Source: an uncultured delta proteobacterium (GTDB lineage Bacteria; Myxococcota; Myxococcia; Myxococcales; Myxococcaceae). Taken from it: 64,000 bases of DNA. This document shows positions 10,451 to 21,774 of the stretch, one piece after another. Under the pieces are notes generated by a model that ran no database searches, had not been told where the DNA came from, and was given only the letters and a program-made list of their open reading frames with translations. The stretch is from positions 896,001-960,000 of the forward strand of contig CAVQKE010000004.1 in the NCBI GenBank assembly GCA_963713045.1, written 5' to 3'. Positions within the stretch are counted from its first letter, which is position 1; the number at the start of each line of letters is the position of its first letter. A program made the position numbers and the translations under genes.

Positions 10451-12391
10451 CTAGGCGGCTCGCGGTTTCACCTGACTGGCGGAGAGCGCGTACCAGGCGG
10501 TGCGGAAGGACTTCAGCTCCCGCAGCCCTGCTGGATGGCGACCCAGGGCAGGAGCCACCGTAATCGGCAACCCGATGGTCTTCTCGAGCGCCTTGGCCAC
10601 GTCCAACTCCAGTCGGCGTCGGTTTTCGCAGATGGAGCAGGTGGAGCGGGGCAACACCCGGTTGACCAGAACCCGCTCGACCGCCAGCCGCCGCCCCTTG
10701 AGTTCCTCCACCAGCCGCTCAGTGCGGGCCGCGGACAGTTCCTCGCCCCGCGTCACCACCACGAAGCGCGCTTCGGCAGGGTTGATGAGGGCGTCCTCGA
10801 AGCGCTTGACGTGCTTGAGGAGCGCGGCGACCTCGTCGGCCAGCTCGCCCAAGCCTTTGGCTCGGTACTTGGTCAGCACCGCGAGAAGCGCTGTCAGCCA
10901 GGGGCGCGCCATCGCCGGCAAGTCCACCAGGCGGACAGCCACTGCGGCGGGCCCCGGGTCAACGACAATCCGCTTGAAACGCTCCTGCACCAAAGCGTCA
11001 GTGAGGACGCTGAACGCCGCCAAATCCTCGAGTCCCGCCGGTGCGAGGTCGAGCAGGTTGCGCAGCACCTCGCGGTCCGGCCCATCCTGTTTGCCGAAGA
11101 CTTCAAAGGCACGCTCCGCCCGCTCCCGCAGCCGCTTGCGCAGGGCGGTAAACCAGCCGGCGACGTCGAGCTCGCGCGCATACAGGCCTTTGGTACCCTT
11201 CACCTGCGTCTCGGTGTCGGTCAGCCGACTCTGCAGCACGTCGGAGAGGGAGTGCGCCGGGTCGACGCTGATGAGCAGGACAGGCCCTTCCTTCTCCGTC
11301 AGGGTGACTGCTGCCGCTGCGGCACACGAGGACTTCCCCACCCCGCCCTGGCCGACAAAGAAGATGAGGCGCGTGGGAGGAAGGGGTGGCGCGGCAATGG
11401 GCGGCATGGACGGCGCCCGCACCAAAGCAGGCGGTCCCTCCGCCGGGCCGAACTCCAGTGCCTTGGTCTCCTTGTGCGACGCCCACTCCTTGCCGAAGGC
11501 CCGGAGTTCGTCCGGATTCCGCGGCGGTTCCTCCCGACGACCGATGAGGTAGACGGGGAGATTCTTGTCCAACGACTGGTACTTACGGACGTGCGGGGCC
11601 TGCAGCCCGCGGCGGCCCTGACAGGCTGGACACCCCCCCTTCTGCTCGACGCCGTTGACGACAATTTCCGCCAGCGGCAGACCACGCTCGCGCACTTGGG
11701 TGAAGAAGAAGCGCGTCTGGGCCTCAACCACCGGCTCGGCAAGGGTCACCAGGTGCAGGGCGGTGCGGGCCGGGTCGCGCATCAACGCGGTGAAGCGCTC
11801 TAGCTCCGCAACCAAGACGTCCAGCGGCCCCTCGGGGGCGGCCACCGGCTCCTTCTTGGCGGCCCGGGGAGCGGGACGCTCACCGCGAGCGAGTTGAATC
11901 GCCCGCCGCAACAAGGCAGCGAGGTCAAAGACACGCAGGAACATGCTGGTCGAAGCACCGTCGACCACCACCCGGTCCACCGCATGCGACTCGAGGAGGC
12001 TGGCCAGCTGGAGCATGCCCAAGAGGGGCTCGAGCCCAGGCGGGAATTCGCTCACCACCCGCCCCAAGTCCTCCTCGCTTAAGAGCAACCCCTTGACCGC
12101 AGCGCCGGTCAGCAGGGCGCGAATCTCCTCCAGCCTTGGCTGCACCAGGGAGGGGTCAAACACCTGGACAGAGAGGCCACCTTCGCCCTTCCCCGTGACG
12201 AAACGCGTGGGCTTCCCCGAAAGCTTTCGCTTCCAGAGGTCCGATAGGCCCTGGCTGGCCTCCATCGAGGCCAGCAGGATGGACTCCTTCGGGGCGTTTT
12301 CGGCTAGGTTGAGCGCGAACGCAGAGGCCAGGGTGCTTTTTCCAACGCCCCCTTTGCCTCCAAACAGGTGCAACACGGGTCCTTCGCTCAT
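10451..12391 (-). CDS. Double-domain ArsA/Get3-family SIMIBI ATPase
   Basis: Two Walker A motifs (GGKGGVGKS, VGQGGVGKS), SVDPAHSLSD switch I in the second half, and one CxxC per half. Confidence 0.88.
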   Translation of the reverse strand: MSEGPVLHLFGGKGGVGKSTLASAFALNLAENAPKESILLASMEASQGLSDLWKRKLSGKPTRFVTGKGEGGLSVQVFDPSLVQPRLEEIRALLTGAAVKGLLLSEEDLGRVVSEFPPGLEPLLGMLQLASLLESHAVDRVVVDGASTSMFLRVFDLAALLRRAIQLARGERPAPRAAKKEPVAAPEGPLDVLVAELERFTALMRDPARTALHLVTLAEPVVEAQTRFFFTQVRERGLPLAEIVVNGVEQKGGCPACQGRRGLQAPHVRKYQSLDKNLPVYLIGRREEPPRNPDELRAFGKEWASHKETKALEFGPAEGPPALVRAPSMPPIAAPPLPPTRLIFFVGQGGVGKSSCAAAAAVTLTEKEGPVLLISVDPAHSLSDVLQSRLTDTETQVKGTKGLYARELDVAGWFTALRKRLRERAERAFEVFGKQDGPDREVLRNLLDLAPAGLEDLAAFSVLTDALVQERFKRIVVDPGPAAVAVRLVDLPAMARPWLTALLAVLTKYRAKGLGELADEVAALLKHVKRFEDALINPAEARFVVVTRGEELSAARTERLVEELKGRRLAVERVLVNRVLPRSTCSICENRRRLELDVAKALEKTIGLPITVAPALGRHPAGLRELKSFRTAWYALSASQVKPRAA

Positions 12392-12575
12392 GAAGTATGG
12401 ACGCCCTTCCTGAAACCTGCGCTCGGCGCCTCGACGCTCGAATCACACCGGGGCGCGCCGTCTTCAACCGGCAAACTGCCAACCCAGGCCCCTTGGGGCT
12501 GACCCAAGCCGAAGCGAGACATTATTCTCCGCCAGCATCCAAAAAGTCAAGGCATAGCGGCACGTTGGGCGGTGG

Positions 12576-13049
12576 CTACCCCGGAACGGCCCCAGGCGCC
12601 ACGGCCTCCGAGGCTGGACCCACCGCCTCGGCAAGGCTCACCAACTCAATCTCCAGCCGAGCCGCGACGTCAAAAATGCGCGGGTCCCGGTAGAACTCCC
12701 CGTAAACAATCCGGACGATGCCGGCGTTGGCCACCAGTTTGAAGCACGGCCAACACGGGCTCGCTGTCGTGTACAGAGAGCTGCCCTCGATGCGAACCCC
12801 GGTGCGCGCGGCCTGAAGCACCGCGTTGGCCTCTGCGTGCACGGTGGCCACGCAGTGCCCATTCTCCATCAGGTGGCCCACTTCGTCGCAGTGCGGCATC
12901 CCCCGGATGGAGCCGTTGTAGCCGGTGGAGAGGATGATGCGGTCCCGGACCAGGACCGCCCCCACGTGCTTGCGGTCACAGGTGGCACGGGTGGCCACCT
13001 GACGCGCGATTTCCATGAAATACTGGTCCCAGGAGGTTCGCGGGCTCAT
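12576..13049 (-). CDS. dCMP deaminase/ComEB-family zinc deaminase
   Basis: TGYNG, HAEANA and SPCWPC zinc motifs. Confidence 0.9.
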   Translation of the reverse strand: MSPRTSWDQYFMEIARQVATRATCDRKHVGAVLVRDRIILSTGYNGSIRGMPHCDEVGHLMENGHCVATVHAEANAVLQAARTGVRIEGSSLYTTASPCWPCFKLVANAGIVRIVYGEFYRDPRIFDVAARLEIELVSLAEAVGPASEAVAPGAVPG

Positions 13050-13093
13050 CCCACCTTCTTAATTGTCATGCCGGGCTGACGCACAACCGTCGC

Positions 13094-15328
13094 TTACTGC
13101 CCGTAACGCTTCCGGGTGAGGAAGAGGATGGCTTCCTTGGCGCAGGCGTCGCAGTAGCCGAAGCGCTCCCGCATCACCGCCAAGGTGGCGTCCACCGCTT
13201 GCAACTCGCGCGCGCTCAGCGCCGAGCGCTCGTCGGAGAGGGCGCGCAGCAGGTTTTCACTGTTGCGGCTCAGCGCCTTCTTGCGCTCCTCGAAGAAGTG
13301 GGCCCGCAGCCGTCGAAACAGGTCGGGGAAAATCCGGGGGTAAGCCATCGGCCCCTCCGGGTTCTCGAGTTTGTGGGCGCCGACCTGGGCGATGAGGCCC
13401 CGACGGAACTCGCCCGAGTCGTCTCCCCGCGGCATGACGATGGCCTCCATCTCCGCCATCCGCTTCTCGTCCGGACGCTCCATGTCCCCGGTGATGCGAT
13501 TGCGCAGCTTCTCGTTCTTCACCCAGTGACTCACATGCTGGATGTACCTCTCGAAGAGGTCGACGTACTGGCCCTCTGAAATCAGCCCCATCGACTCGCG
13601 GACTTCGGCGTCGACCGCCTCGAGGTATTCCAGCTCGACCGCACGCACGAATTCCTCCGGGTCGTGGTAGCCATCCACCACCTCCTCCTGGAGAAATTCG
13701 TAAACGCTCTTGTCCTGACAGAGCGCCGAGAGTTCCTCGAGCACCGCCAGCGCGCTCAAACACCGGTAGTCGGCGTTCTGTGCGGCGTTGAAGAGCGCCG
13801 TTTTGATTTCGCGAGCACTGGCGCCGGTCCGTCCCTCGTAGTGTGGGTAGGCCTCGGACTCCTCGTACAGCGCCCCCAGCTGCTGTCGCAGCTCCTTGGC
13901 CTGGCTGAGGCTGAGCCGGTCGGGCGGCGTCCCATCCTGGTAGAGGTGCAGCTTCTCGACCGGGGTGAGCTGGTCAATCAGCTCGCGCACGCCCTCCGGA
14001 TAGTGCTCCACCACTGGCTTCTTGAGGCGCGTCAACACCGCCCACATCGCTGCCACCGCAGTGGCATGAGGAGCGAGGTGCTTGCCCACGGTGACGGCCG
14101 TCACCTGCGCGTCGTACACCTCCTGTTCCACCTTCCACCGGCGCAGGTAGGGGACCCGCACCAACTCAATGCGGCCCTTGAAGGAAGCGAAATCCGGAAG
14201 CTCCTTGAAGGCGGTGAGGTGTTTTTCGTTGCTGGAGGCGAGCAGCACCTCATCCAGCTGGAGGACAAAGTGCTCCATCGGCACCTCGCCGGTCTCACTG
14301 AAGCCCAACAGGTATTTAAAGGCCTCGAGGGGACGCTTGAGGAGGTCCGCGTATTCGATGAGGCCTCGGTTGGCGTTGACCAGCGGCCCTTGCGGCTCAA
14401 ACAGGACGACGTTGTGCAGCGAGGCTGGCAAGTGCGTCTGGCTGCGGTCGGAGGTCATCTGGTGGTAGCTCGCGTCGACCGACAGCTGAGGCTCCACCGT
14501 CACGGCTCCCTCCAAGTAATGCCGCGACAGGTAAAAGCGCTCTACTTGGACGTGGCGGAGCACCTTGAAATAATCACCACCGCCGGCAGCCAGCAGGGCT
14601 CCGTACACCCGGCGGCACTTGTGGCACAGCTCCCCCTCCAGCATGTATTCGGAAAGCAGCAAGTCGCTCTTCCCATCCGCTCCGGACTGAAGCGCTGGTT
14701 CTAGGAGTCGCCGCCGTTCCGGTCTTGGAAGCAGAAACAGCGGATGGTCGCGCAGCTCGCAGGCCATCCGGACATCCACTTGCTCTGAGTCGAGGTGAGC
14801 CCAGGACGCGAGGTTGCCGCCTTCCCCGGGCCGCTCCCCGAAGCCGATGTTGCCCTTGGTGAGCTTGTCGCTCGGGAAGACCCAGGCGATTCGGTACAGG
14901 GCGCCATCCGGCTCGCGCGAGTAGCGCTCCAAACCGCGCATCAGGGCGTCGACCAGGCTCGACTTGGCCGAGCCGTTGGGCCCGTGAAGAAGGATGAGTT
15001 TGTTGACGCGGCCGGTGCGCGCGAAGTTGCCCACCAGCCGGTAGATGGCGTTTTGCACTTCCTCCTGGCCCGCCACCCTGCCCTGACGCTCGCCTTCGGT
15101 GAGGTCGAAAATCTTGAAGCGCCGGACCGTGCCGCTGGGGTGCGGCACCGCCGTCGAGCCAAAGAATTCCAACGCGTCGCGCAGGTACTGCGCCGCATTG
15201 CGCGCCTGCGACCGAGGCCGTTGCAGCACCAACTCGACGTACTCCTCGTAGGACAGCAGCGTGCGGTTCTGGACGAAGTCGCGGCCGACCTCCTTTCCAA
15301 CACTGTCGAGACATTCCTTTGCGTTCAC
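13094..15328 (-). CDS. prkA: PrkA/YeaG-family AAA+ serine kinase-like protein
   Basis: LILLHGPNGSAKSS, ANRGLIEYADLLKRP, YEGRTGASARE and C-terminal GYCDACA. Confidence 0.85.
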   Translation of the reverse strand: MNAKECLDSVGKEVGRDFVQNRTLLSYEEYVELVLQRPRSQARNAAQYLRDALEFFGSTAVPHPSGTVRRFKIFDLTEGERQGRVAGQEEVQNAIYRLVGNFARTGRVNKLILLHGPNGSAKSSLVDALMRGLERYSREPDGALYRIAWVFPSDKLTKGNIGFGERPGEGGNLASWAHLDSEQVDVRMACELRDHPLFLLPRPERRRLLEPALQSGADGKSDLLLSEYMLEGELCHKCRRVYGALLAAGGGDYFKVLRHVQVERFYLSRHYLEGAVTVEPQLSVDASYHQMTSDRSQTHLPASLHNVVLFEPQGPLVNANRGLIEYADLLKRPLEAFKYLLGFSETGEVPMEHFVLQLDEVLLASSNEKHLTAFKELPDFASFKGRIELVRVPYLRRWKVEQEVYDAQVTAVTVGKHLAPHATAVAAMWAVLTRLKKPVVEHYPEGVRELIDQLTPVEKLHLYQDGTPPDRLSLSQAKELRQQLGALYEESEAYPHYEGRTGASAREIKTALFNAAQNADYRCLSALAVLEELSALCQDKSVYEFLQEEVVDGYHDPEEFVRAVELEYLEAVDAEVRESMGLISEGQYVDLFERYIQHVSHWVKNEKLRNRITGDMERPDEKRMAEMEAIVMPRGDDSGEFRRGLIAQVGAHKLENPEGPMAYPRIFPDLFRRLRAHFFEERKKALSRNSENLLRALSDERSALSARELQAVDATLAVMRERFGYCDACAKEAILFLTRKRYGQ

Positions 15329-15504
15329 CCGAGCTCCCCTGTCCTACCGATGCCGACAGTCTCGCCTGTGCCGCCCCTCGCCGGAAGCCCCACCGCCGGT
15401 TCCTTGCTGGGCGGCGGCGCGAAACAGGCGCTCCCCCGGTTTTCGGCTAACCTTGGAGGACTCGGCCGCCCTGGCCGCCCGACGGAGAGTCCACGGTTCC
15501 CCTG

Positions 15505-17025
<1,521 letters not shown>

Positions 17026-17112
17026 CTGCCCCAAGGCGTGTCGGGTGTTGCATCTTTTTCTTTCGTGATTCCGTAGGCTTGCGTTGAGCCGAGATGCATT
17101 TGGCCAGCGCCG

Positions 17113-17139
17113 TGTCGATTTTGACGGGGCCTCTTCGAC
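17113..17139 (+). promoter_or_regulatory. Putative ECF42 sigma promoter
   Basis: TGTCGA(17113-17118)-N17-CGAC(17136-17139) upstream of the DGPF genes; matches the ECF42 -35 TGTCGA / -10 CG(A/T)C motif as recalled. Confidence 0.75.
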
Positions 17140-17185
17140 GAACCCTCCAGAGGCCCCCAAAAGGGCAAAACCCCGGAGACCAACC

Positions 17186-17608
17186 ATGCGAGTGATGGTG
17201 ATTGTGAAGGCGAACAAGCAGTCCGAGACCGGAGCACTTCCTGACCAACGGATTCTCAGCGAGATGGGCAAGTTCAACCAACAGCTGGTGAAGGCAGGTG
17301 TGCTGCTGGCGATGGAGGGCCTCAAAGCGAGCGCCGCAGGAAAGCGCGTGCGCTTCGAGGGTTCGAAGAAGACGGTGACGGATGGACCCTTCGGTGAGAC
17401 CAAGGAGCTCATCGGCGGCTTCTGGTTGTGGCAGGTGAAGTCGATGGACGAGGCCGTCGAGTGGCTCAAGCGCAGCCCTTTCCAGGAGGGTGAAGTCGAG
17501 ATTCGTCCGGTCTTTGAACTGGACGACTTCGCCCCCAGCGACCCCTCGGGCAACCTCCGCAAACAGCAGCAGGCGCTCCGCGAGACGGTCGAGTCGCGTC
17601 ATTCCTAA
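17186..17608 (+). CDS. YciI/DGPF-family protein
   Basis: VTDGPFGETKELIGGFW motif; GGAG RBS before ATG 17186. Confidence 0.93.
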   Translation: MRVMVIVKANKQSETGALPDQRILSEMGKFNQQLVKAGVLLAMEGLKASAAGKRVRFEGSKKTVTDGPFGETKELIGGFWLWQVKSMDEAVEWLKRSPFQEGEVEIRPVFELDDFAPSDPSGNLRKQQQALRETVESRHS

Positions 17609-17636
17609 GGAGAGGAAAGAAAGGAGAAAACCCAAC

Positions 17637-17972
17637 ATGCGCTTCATGACCTTGTGGCGCCCTGCGCGAAACGCCAAACCACCAAGCAGCGAGGAGATGG
17701 GCAAACTGATTGTGGAGATGACCAAAGCGGGTGCACTGGTGGAGACCGGCGGGTGGAACCCCACATCGCCTGCCACCGTCCTTAAGAATTCGAACGGGAA
17801 AGTCAGCGTGACCGACGGCCCTTACGCAGAGACGAAGGAGCTCATCGCGGGCTTCGCTCTGATTGAAGTGAAGTCGAAAGAGGAGGCCACGGAGTGGGGC
17901 ATCCGCTTTCTCAAAATCGCCGGCGAAGGCACCTCCGAGATGCGACCGCTCGGAGATTACGGCTCGAGCTAG
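17637..17972 (+). CDS. YciI/DGPF-family protein
   Basis: VTDGPYAETKELIAGFA motif; AAGGAG RBS. Confidence 0.92.
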   Translation: MRFMTLWRPARNAKPPSSEEMGKLIVEMTKAGALVETGGWNPTSPATVLKNSNGKVSVTDGPYAETKELIAGFALIEVKSKEEATEWGIRFLKIAGEGTSEMRPLGDYGSS

Positions 17973-18064
17973 GGACGGCCGTTCGACCCTCCCGCCCACC
18001 GGCGCGGGCGCGCCGGGGCCAGTTCAGTTGTCGCCGCAGGAACGAGGTGCTGTGATTTGAGGCG

Positions 18065-19333
18065 ATGGCGGAGCGGGACCCTCAGCGGGCGATAGAAGCA
18101 ATCTGGCGCATTGAATCGGCGAGAGTCATCGCCGGTCTCGCCCGACTGGTGCGTGACGTCGGCTTGGCCGAGGAGCTCGCCCAGGACGCATTCGTCGCCG
18201 CTTTGACGCAGTGGCCCCAGTCGGGCGTCCCGGACAAGCCGGGCGCCTGGCTGATGGCCGTGGGGAAGCGTCGAGCGATTGACTTGTTGCGGAGGCAAGA
18301 GCGCCAGGGCCGAAGCCAGCTGGCGCTGAGCGCTTCCATCGAGGAGGCGAGCGCCGTCGGCCCCGAGGAGCTGGACGCGGCACTGGACGATGAAGTGGGT
18401 GACGAGTTGCTCCGCCTGGTCTTCATTGCGTGCCATCCCGTCCTGCCGGAGGAGTCCCGGGTCGCGTTGACGCTGCGCCTCCTCGGTGGCTTGACGACCG
18501 GCGAAATCGCGCGCGCCTTTCTCGTCCCTGAGGCCACCATCGCCCAGCGCATCGTCCGAGCGAAGCGGACCCTTTCCGAAGAACGCGTCCCCTTCGAGCT
18601 TCCTTACGGCTCGGACCTCACTGAGCGGCTCTCGTCTGTCCTGGCGGTGGTTTACCTCGTCTTCAACGAGGGCTATTCCGCCACCGCTGGCCACGACTGG
18701 GTGAGGCCCGAACTGTGTGAGGACGCGCTCCGGCTGGGCCGCCTCATCGCCGAGCTGCTTCCGAACGAGGCTGAAGTCCACGGCCTGGTCGCGCTGATGG
18801 AGATTCAAGCCTCGCGGTTGAAAGCGAGGACCGGTCCCTCCGGAGAACCCGTCCTGTTGCACCAGCAAGACCGCGCCCGATGGGACCAACTGCTCATCCG
18901 CCGCGGACTGACAGCTTTAGCCCGTGCTGAGGCGCTGGGCATCCCCCCTGGCCCGTACGTGCTCCAGGCTGCCATCGCCGCGCTCCACGCGCGCGCGCCA
19001 ACGGCAGAGGCAACGGACTGGTCCGGCATCGTGTCGCTTTACGGGGCACTGAGGCGGGTCGCACCCTCTCCAGTGGTGGAGTTGAACCGCGCCGTCGCCG
19101 TCGGGATGGCCTCCGGTCCGGCCGCGGGCCTGGCGCTGGTGGACAAGCTGCGTTCGGAGTCATCGCTCAAGCACTACCACTTGCTGCCCAGTGTGCGCGG
19201 GGACTTTCTGGTCAAGCTCGCGCGCTTTGGCGAGGCACGTGCAGAGTTTGAGCGCGCGGCAAGCCTTACCCGCAACGCCCGCGAGCAGACCCTACTCCTC
19301 GAGCGCGCCGCCGCATGCACACCGGCTGGCTGA
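18065..19333 (+). CDS. ECF sigma factor, ECF42-type with C-terminal TPR-like extension
   Basis: LAEELAQDAF, LRLVFIACHPVL, IARAFLVPEATIAQRIVRAK, FNEGY and QDRARWD; about 420 aa; adjacent to DGPF genes. Confidence 0.92.
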   Translation: MAERDPQRAIEAIWRIESARVIAGLARLVRDVGLAEELAQDAFVAALTQWPQSGVPDKPGAWLMAVGKRRAIDLLRRQERQGRSQLALSASIEEASAVGPEELDAALDDEVGDELLRLVFIACHPVLPEESRVALTLRLLGGLTTGEIARAFLVPEATIAQRIVRAKRTLSEERVPFELPYGSDLTERLSSVLAVVYLVFNEGYSATAGHDWVRPELCEDALRLGRLIAELLPNEAEVHGLVALMEIQASRLKARTGPSGEPVLLHQQDRARWDQLLIRRGLTALARAEALGIPPGPYVLQAAIAALHARAPTAEATDWSGIVSLYGALRRVAPSPVVELNRAVAVGMASGPAAGLALVDKLRSESSLKHYHLLPSVRGDFLVKLARFGEARAEFERAASLTRNAREQTLLLERAAACTPAG

Positions 19334-19358
19334 GTTGAACCGTCGCGCCCCCTCGTCC

Positions 19359-21509
19359 CTAGAGTGAGAGCGGGTTACCCATCGGGTCGAGCTTCTGCAC
19401 TCCGACGTGGAGGCCCAGGACCGGGGGGCCGTTGAATTGCGCCCCGGTGGTGTAGCCGAGGTAGAGGTCGCCAAGGCTGTCCGCCACCGCCACCCCTCCG
19501 CTCAGCGCGGTGACACCGGGGTCGAAGGTTGCCCAAGGCGACAAGGCGTTCGCCTGGTAGCCGTAGAAGGCGACATAGGCGCTCTGGTTTGCGCCGCCCG
19601 CGTTCACCGTCCCAGTGAGCACCAATTCCTGGGGGTTGGTTAAGGGGTTAAAGGCAAGGCCGGTGAGGCCTTCGTCGGCGGCAGTTCCGAATTGGATGGC
19701 CCACAGCGCGTTGCCATTCTCACCATAGCTGGCCAGCACCGCGTCCAACCCCCCCTGGGACGTCTGTCCGGGCAACGTTCCGTCGGTGAAGCCCCCGGCA
19801 TAGACATTGTTGGCGGAGTCTGTCGCGACCGCGTTGAGGCCCAGCTGCGTTCCGCCGTTCGGAGCCAGCGTGCCGACCCACACCGGTGTGCTGGAGGTGT
19901 TCGCCTGAACCTGCGTGACGAAGCCGACCGGGTTGCTCGAGCCACCCTGGAGCCCTCCGTTGGTCGAGCCGACCAAGTCATAGGCGCCGCGGACGTCGAC
20001 GGAAATGCCCTGGAAGAAGGGCAGACGCAGTGCCGGGATGGGCGACACCAGGGTGAGGAGTCCACCGTTCGGGCCGTCGCAACCCCCCGCTGTGCACCGC
20101 TGCACCACGCCCAGCGGGGGCGTCGCACAGTTGCCGGCGGCATAGACGGCCTGGTACTGGTCCAAGGCGACGCCGAACGCCGCGCACTGGGTGGTGTTGA
20201 TGCCATCAAAGGGACCAATGTCTTCCCGCCATTTGAAGTTCCCGTCTTTGTCGTAGCTGAGGAGGAAGCCTGCCGCGAGCGCCGTCGTCGGCCCGGGAGG
20301 CCCGGGCGTCCATTGGCGCCCCTCGGTGTAACCGCTGATGAAGACGTTGCCACCGGTGTCAGCCACCACGCCGGTGACGTAGTCGGTCACTGGCGTTCCA
20401 AATTGGTGGACCCAAAGCAGGTTGCCGTACTGGTCAAACTTGGCGACGAAGCCGTCTTGTTCCCCCAAGCTTTGGGACAAGTCGAAATGGCCGTTCTGAG
20501 TGACTCCCGCGACGTAGGCGCCGCCGCCCAGCAAGTCGGTCGCCACGGCAATGCCGTAGTCCTGCGGGGCGTTCAAGGAGCTGTCCGGCGTGGACGCAAG
20601 CACCGCCGGCCAGCCGCTGTCGATGGTGAGCGTCGTGTCCGTGTACTGGGTGGTGTCCTCCGTCGGCACGGCGCGGAGCACCACCGTCGTCTCCGACAGG
20701 ACGTTCGGTGCGGTGTAGGTGACGACGCTTGACGTGTTGGACGCCGTGATGGTGCCGCCGCCACTGAGGACGGACCAGGTGACGTCCTGGCTCACCCCCG
20801 CCGGGCCGCTGACCGTGCCGTTGACGTTGATGGTTTGCCCGGAAAACAGCCGCAGCGTGTCGGGCGTCACCACCACAGCGATTGACTGGAGGGTCACGCT
20901 CGCCGTGCCAAACACGGTGGCATCCGCCGTCGATGTGGCACGGACCACCACAGTTTGCGCGGCCGCCACCGTGGCCGGCGCCAGGTACTGGACGCTGCTG
21001 CCACTGGTCGCGGACAGCGTGCCCGGGCCCGAGGCGTCGATGCTCCAGACGAAACCCGGGACGCTGCTTGGGGCCGAGGCGTTCAGCGTCGCGCTCTGGC
21101 CGCCAAAAAGCGAGGTGGGGTTGGCCGTCACCTGCACCACCGCTGCGCTTGCCGGTGAAACGGTAAGCGTCACCGTGCCGGACTTGGTGGCGTCCTCGGT
21201 GGAGGTGGCTCGGATGACGACTGGCGTGGCAACAGCCATGCTGGGTGCGGTGTACGTCGCGCCCTGGCCTTGCGGCACCAGCCCCGGCCCCCCACCGTCG
21301 ACGCTCCAGGTGACGGTGGCGTTGAATTGGCCGGAGCCAAGGACGGTGGCAGTGAGGACACTCGACTGGCCCGGCTGAAGCGCCGTCTGGGTCGCGGTGA
21401 CACCCACCGACGTTATGGCGCTTGAGTTGCAGCCGAAGGCCACCAGCAGGCTCACCAACGCTGCAGGACTGCGTCCGATGCCCCTTCTCTTCACCGGCGC
21501 CGCCCTCAT
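19359..21509 (-). CDS. Surface lipoprotein with three Ig-like repeats and an SBBP-type beta-propeller
   Basis: Lipobox-like LLVAFGC; three repeats VxWS...YxAP...VVxRA; propeller repeats DGFVAKFDQYGNLLWVHQFGT and DAVLASYGENGNALWAIQFGT. Start uncertain (21509-21575). Confidence 0.75.
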   Translation of the reverse strand: MRAAPVKRRGIGRSPAALVSLLVAFGCNSSAITSVGVTATQTALQPGQSSVLTATVLGSGQFNATVTWSVDGGGPGLVPQGQGATYTAPSMAVATPVVIRATSTEDATKSGTVTLTVSPASAAVVQVTANPTSLFGGQSATLNASAPSSVPGFVWSIDASGPGTLSATSGSSVQYLAPATVAAAQTVVVRATSTADATVFGTASVTLQSIAVVVTPDTLRLFSGQTINVNGTVSGPAGVSQDVTWSVLSGGGTITASNTSSVVTYTAPNVLSETTVVLRAVPTEDTTQYTDTTLTIDSGWPAVLASTPDSSLNAPQDYGIAVATDLLGGGAYVAGVTQNGHFDLSQSLGEQDGFVAKFDQYGNLLWVHQFGTPVTDYVTGVVADTGGNVFISGYTEGRQWTPGPPGPTTALAAGFLLSYDKDGNFKWREDIGPFDGINTTQCAAFGVALDQYQAVYAAGNCATPPLGVVQRCTAGGCDGPNGGLLTLVSPIPALRLPFFQGISVDVRGAYDLVGSTNGGLQGGSSNPVGFVTQVQANTSSTPVWVGTLAPNGGTQLGLNAVATDSANNVYAGGFTDGTLPGQTSQGGLDAVLASYGENGNALWAIQFGTAADEGLTGLAFNPLTNPQELVLTGTVNAGGANQSAYVAFYGYQANALSPWATFDPGVTALSGGVAVADSLGDLYLGYTTGAQFNGPPVLGLHVGVQKLDPMGNPLSL

Positions 21510-21774
21510 GGGGTGAAGGCAGGCGACCGGTTGGAACAACGCAAAGCGCATGACTTCCTCGGAAGAAAAAGACAACGCACGTGCGCGCGCAACCTACACC
21601 TCGGGGAAGCAGGGCCTCAATGCGACTCGTGCCGCGTCCGCTTCAGGCCTGTGCGGGTGGGGCGAACTTTGCCGCCACCGACGCGGCCACCGACTGCTCT
21701 GCATCCCCGGGGGGGAGTTGCCCCAGCAGCGCCAGGGAACGGGTTACTGGGGAAGAAAGCGCGCCGAGGCGGCT

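Noticed and set aside
10451..12391. Arsenite resistance ATPase ArsA
   Set aside because: No arsB/acr3/arsC/arsD/arsR nearby, the DTAPTGH signature is degenerate in both halves, and Get3-like CxxC motifs are present.
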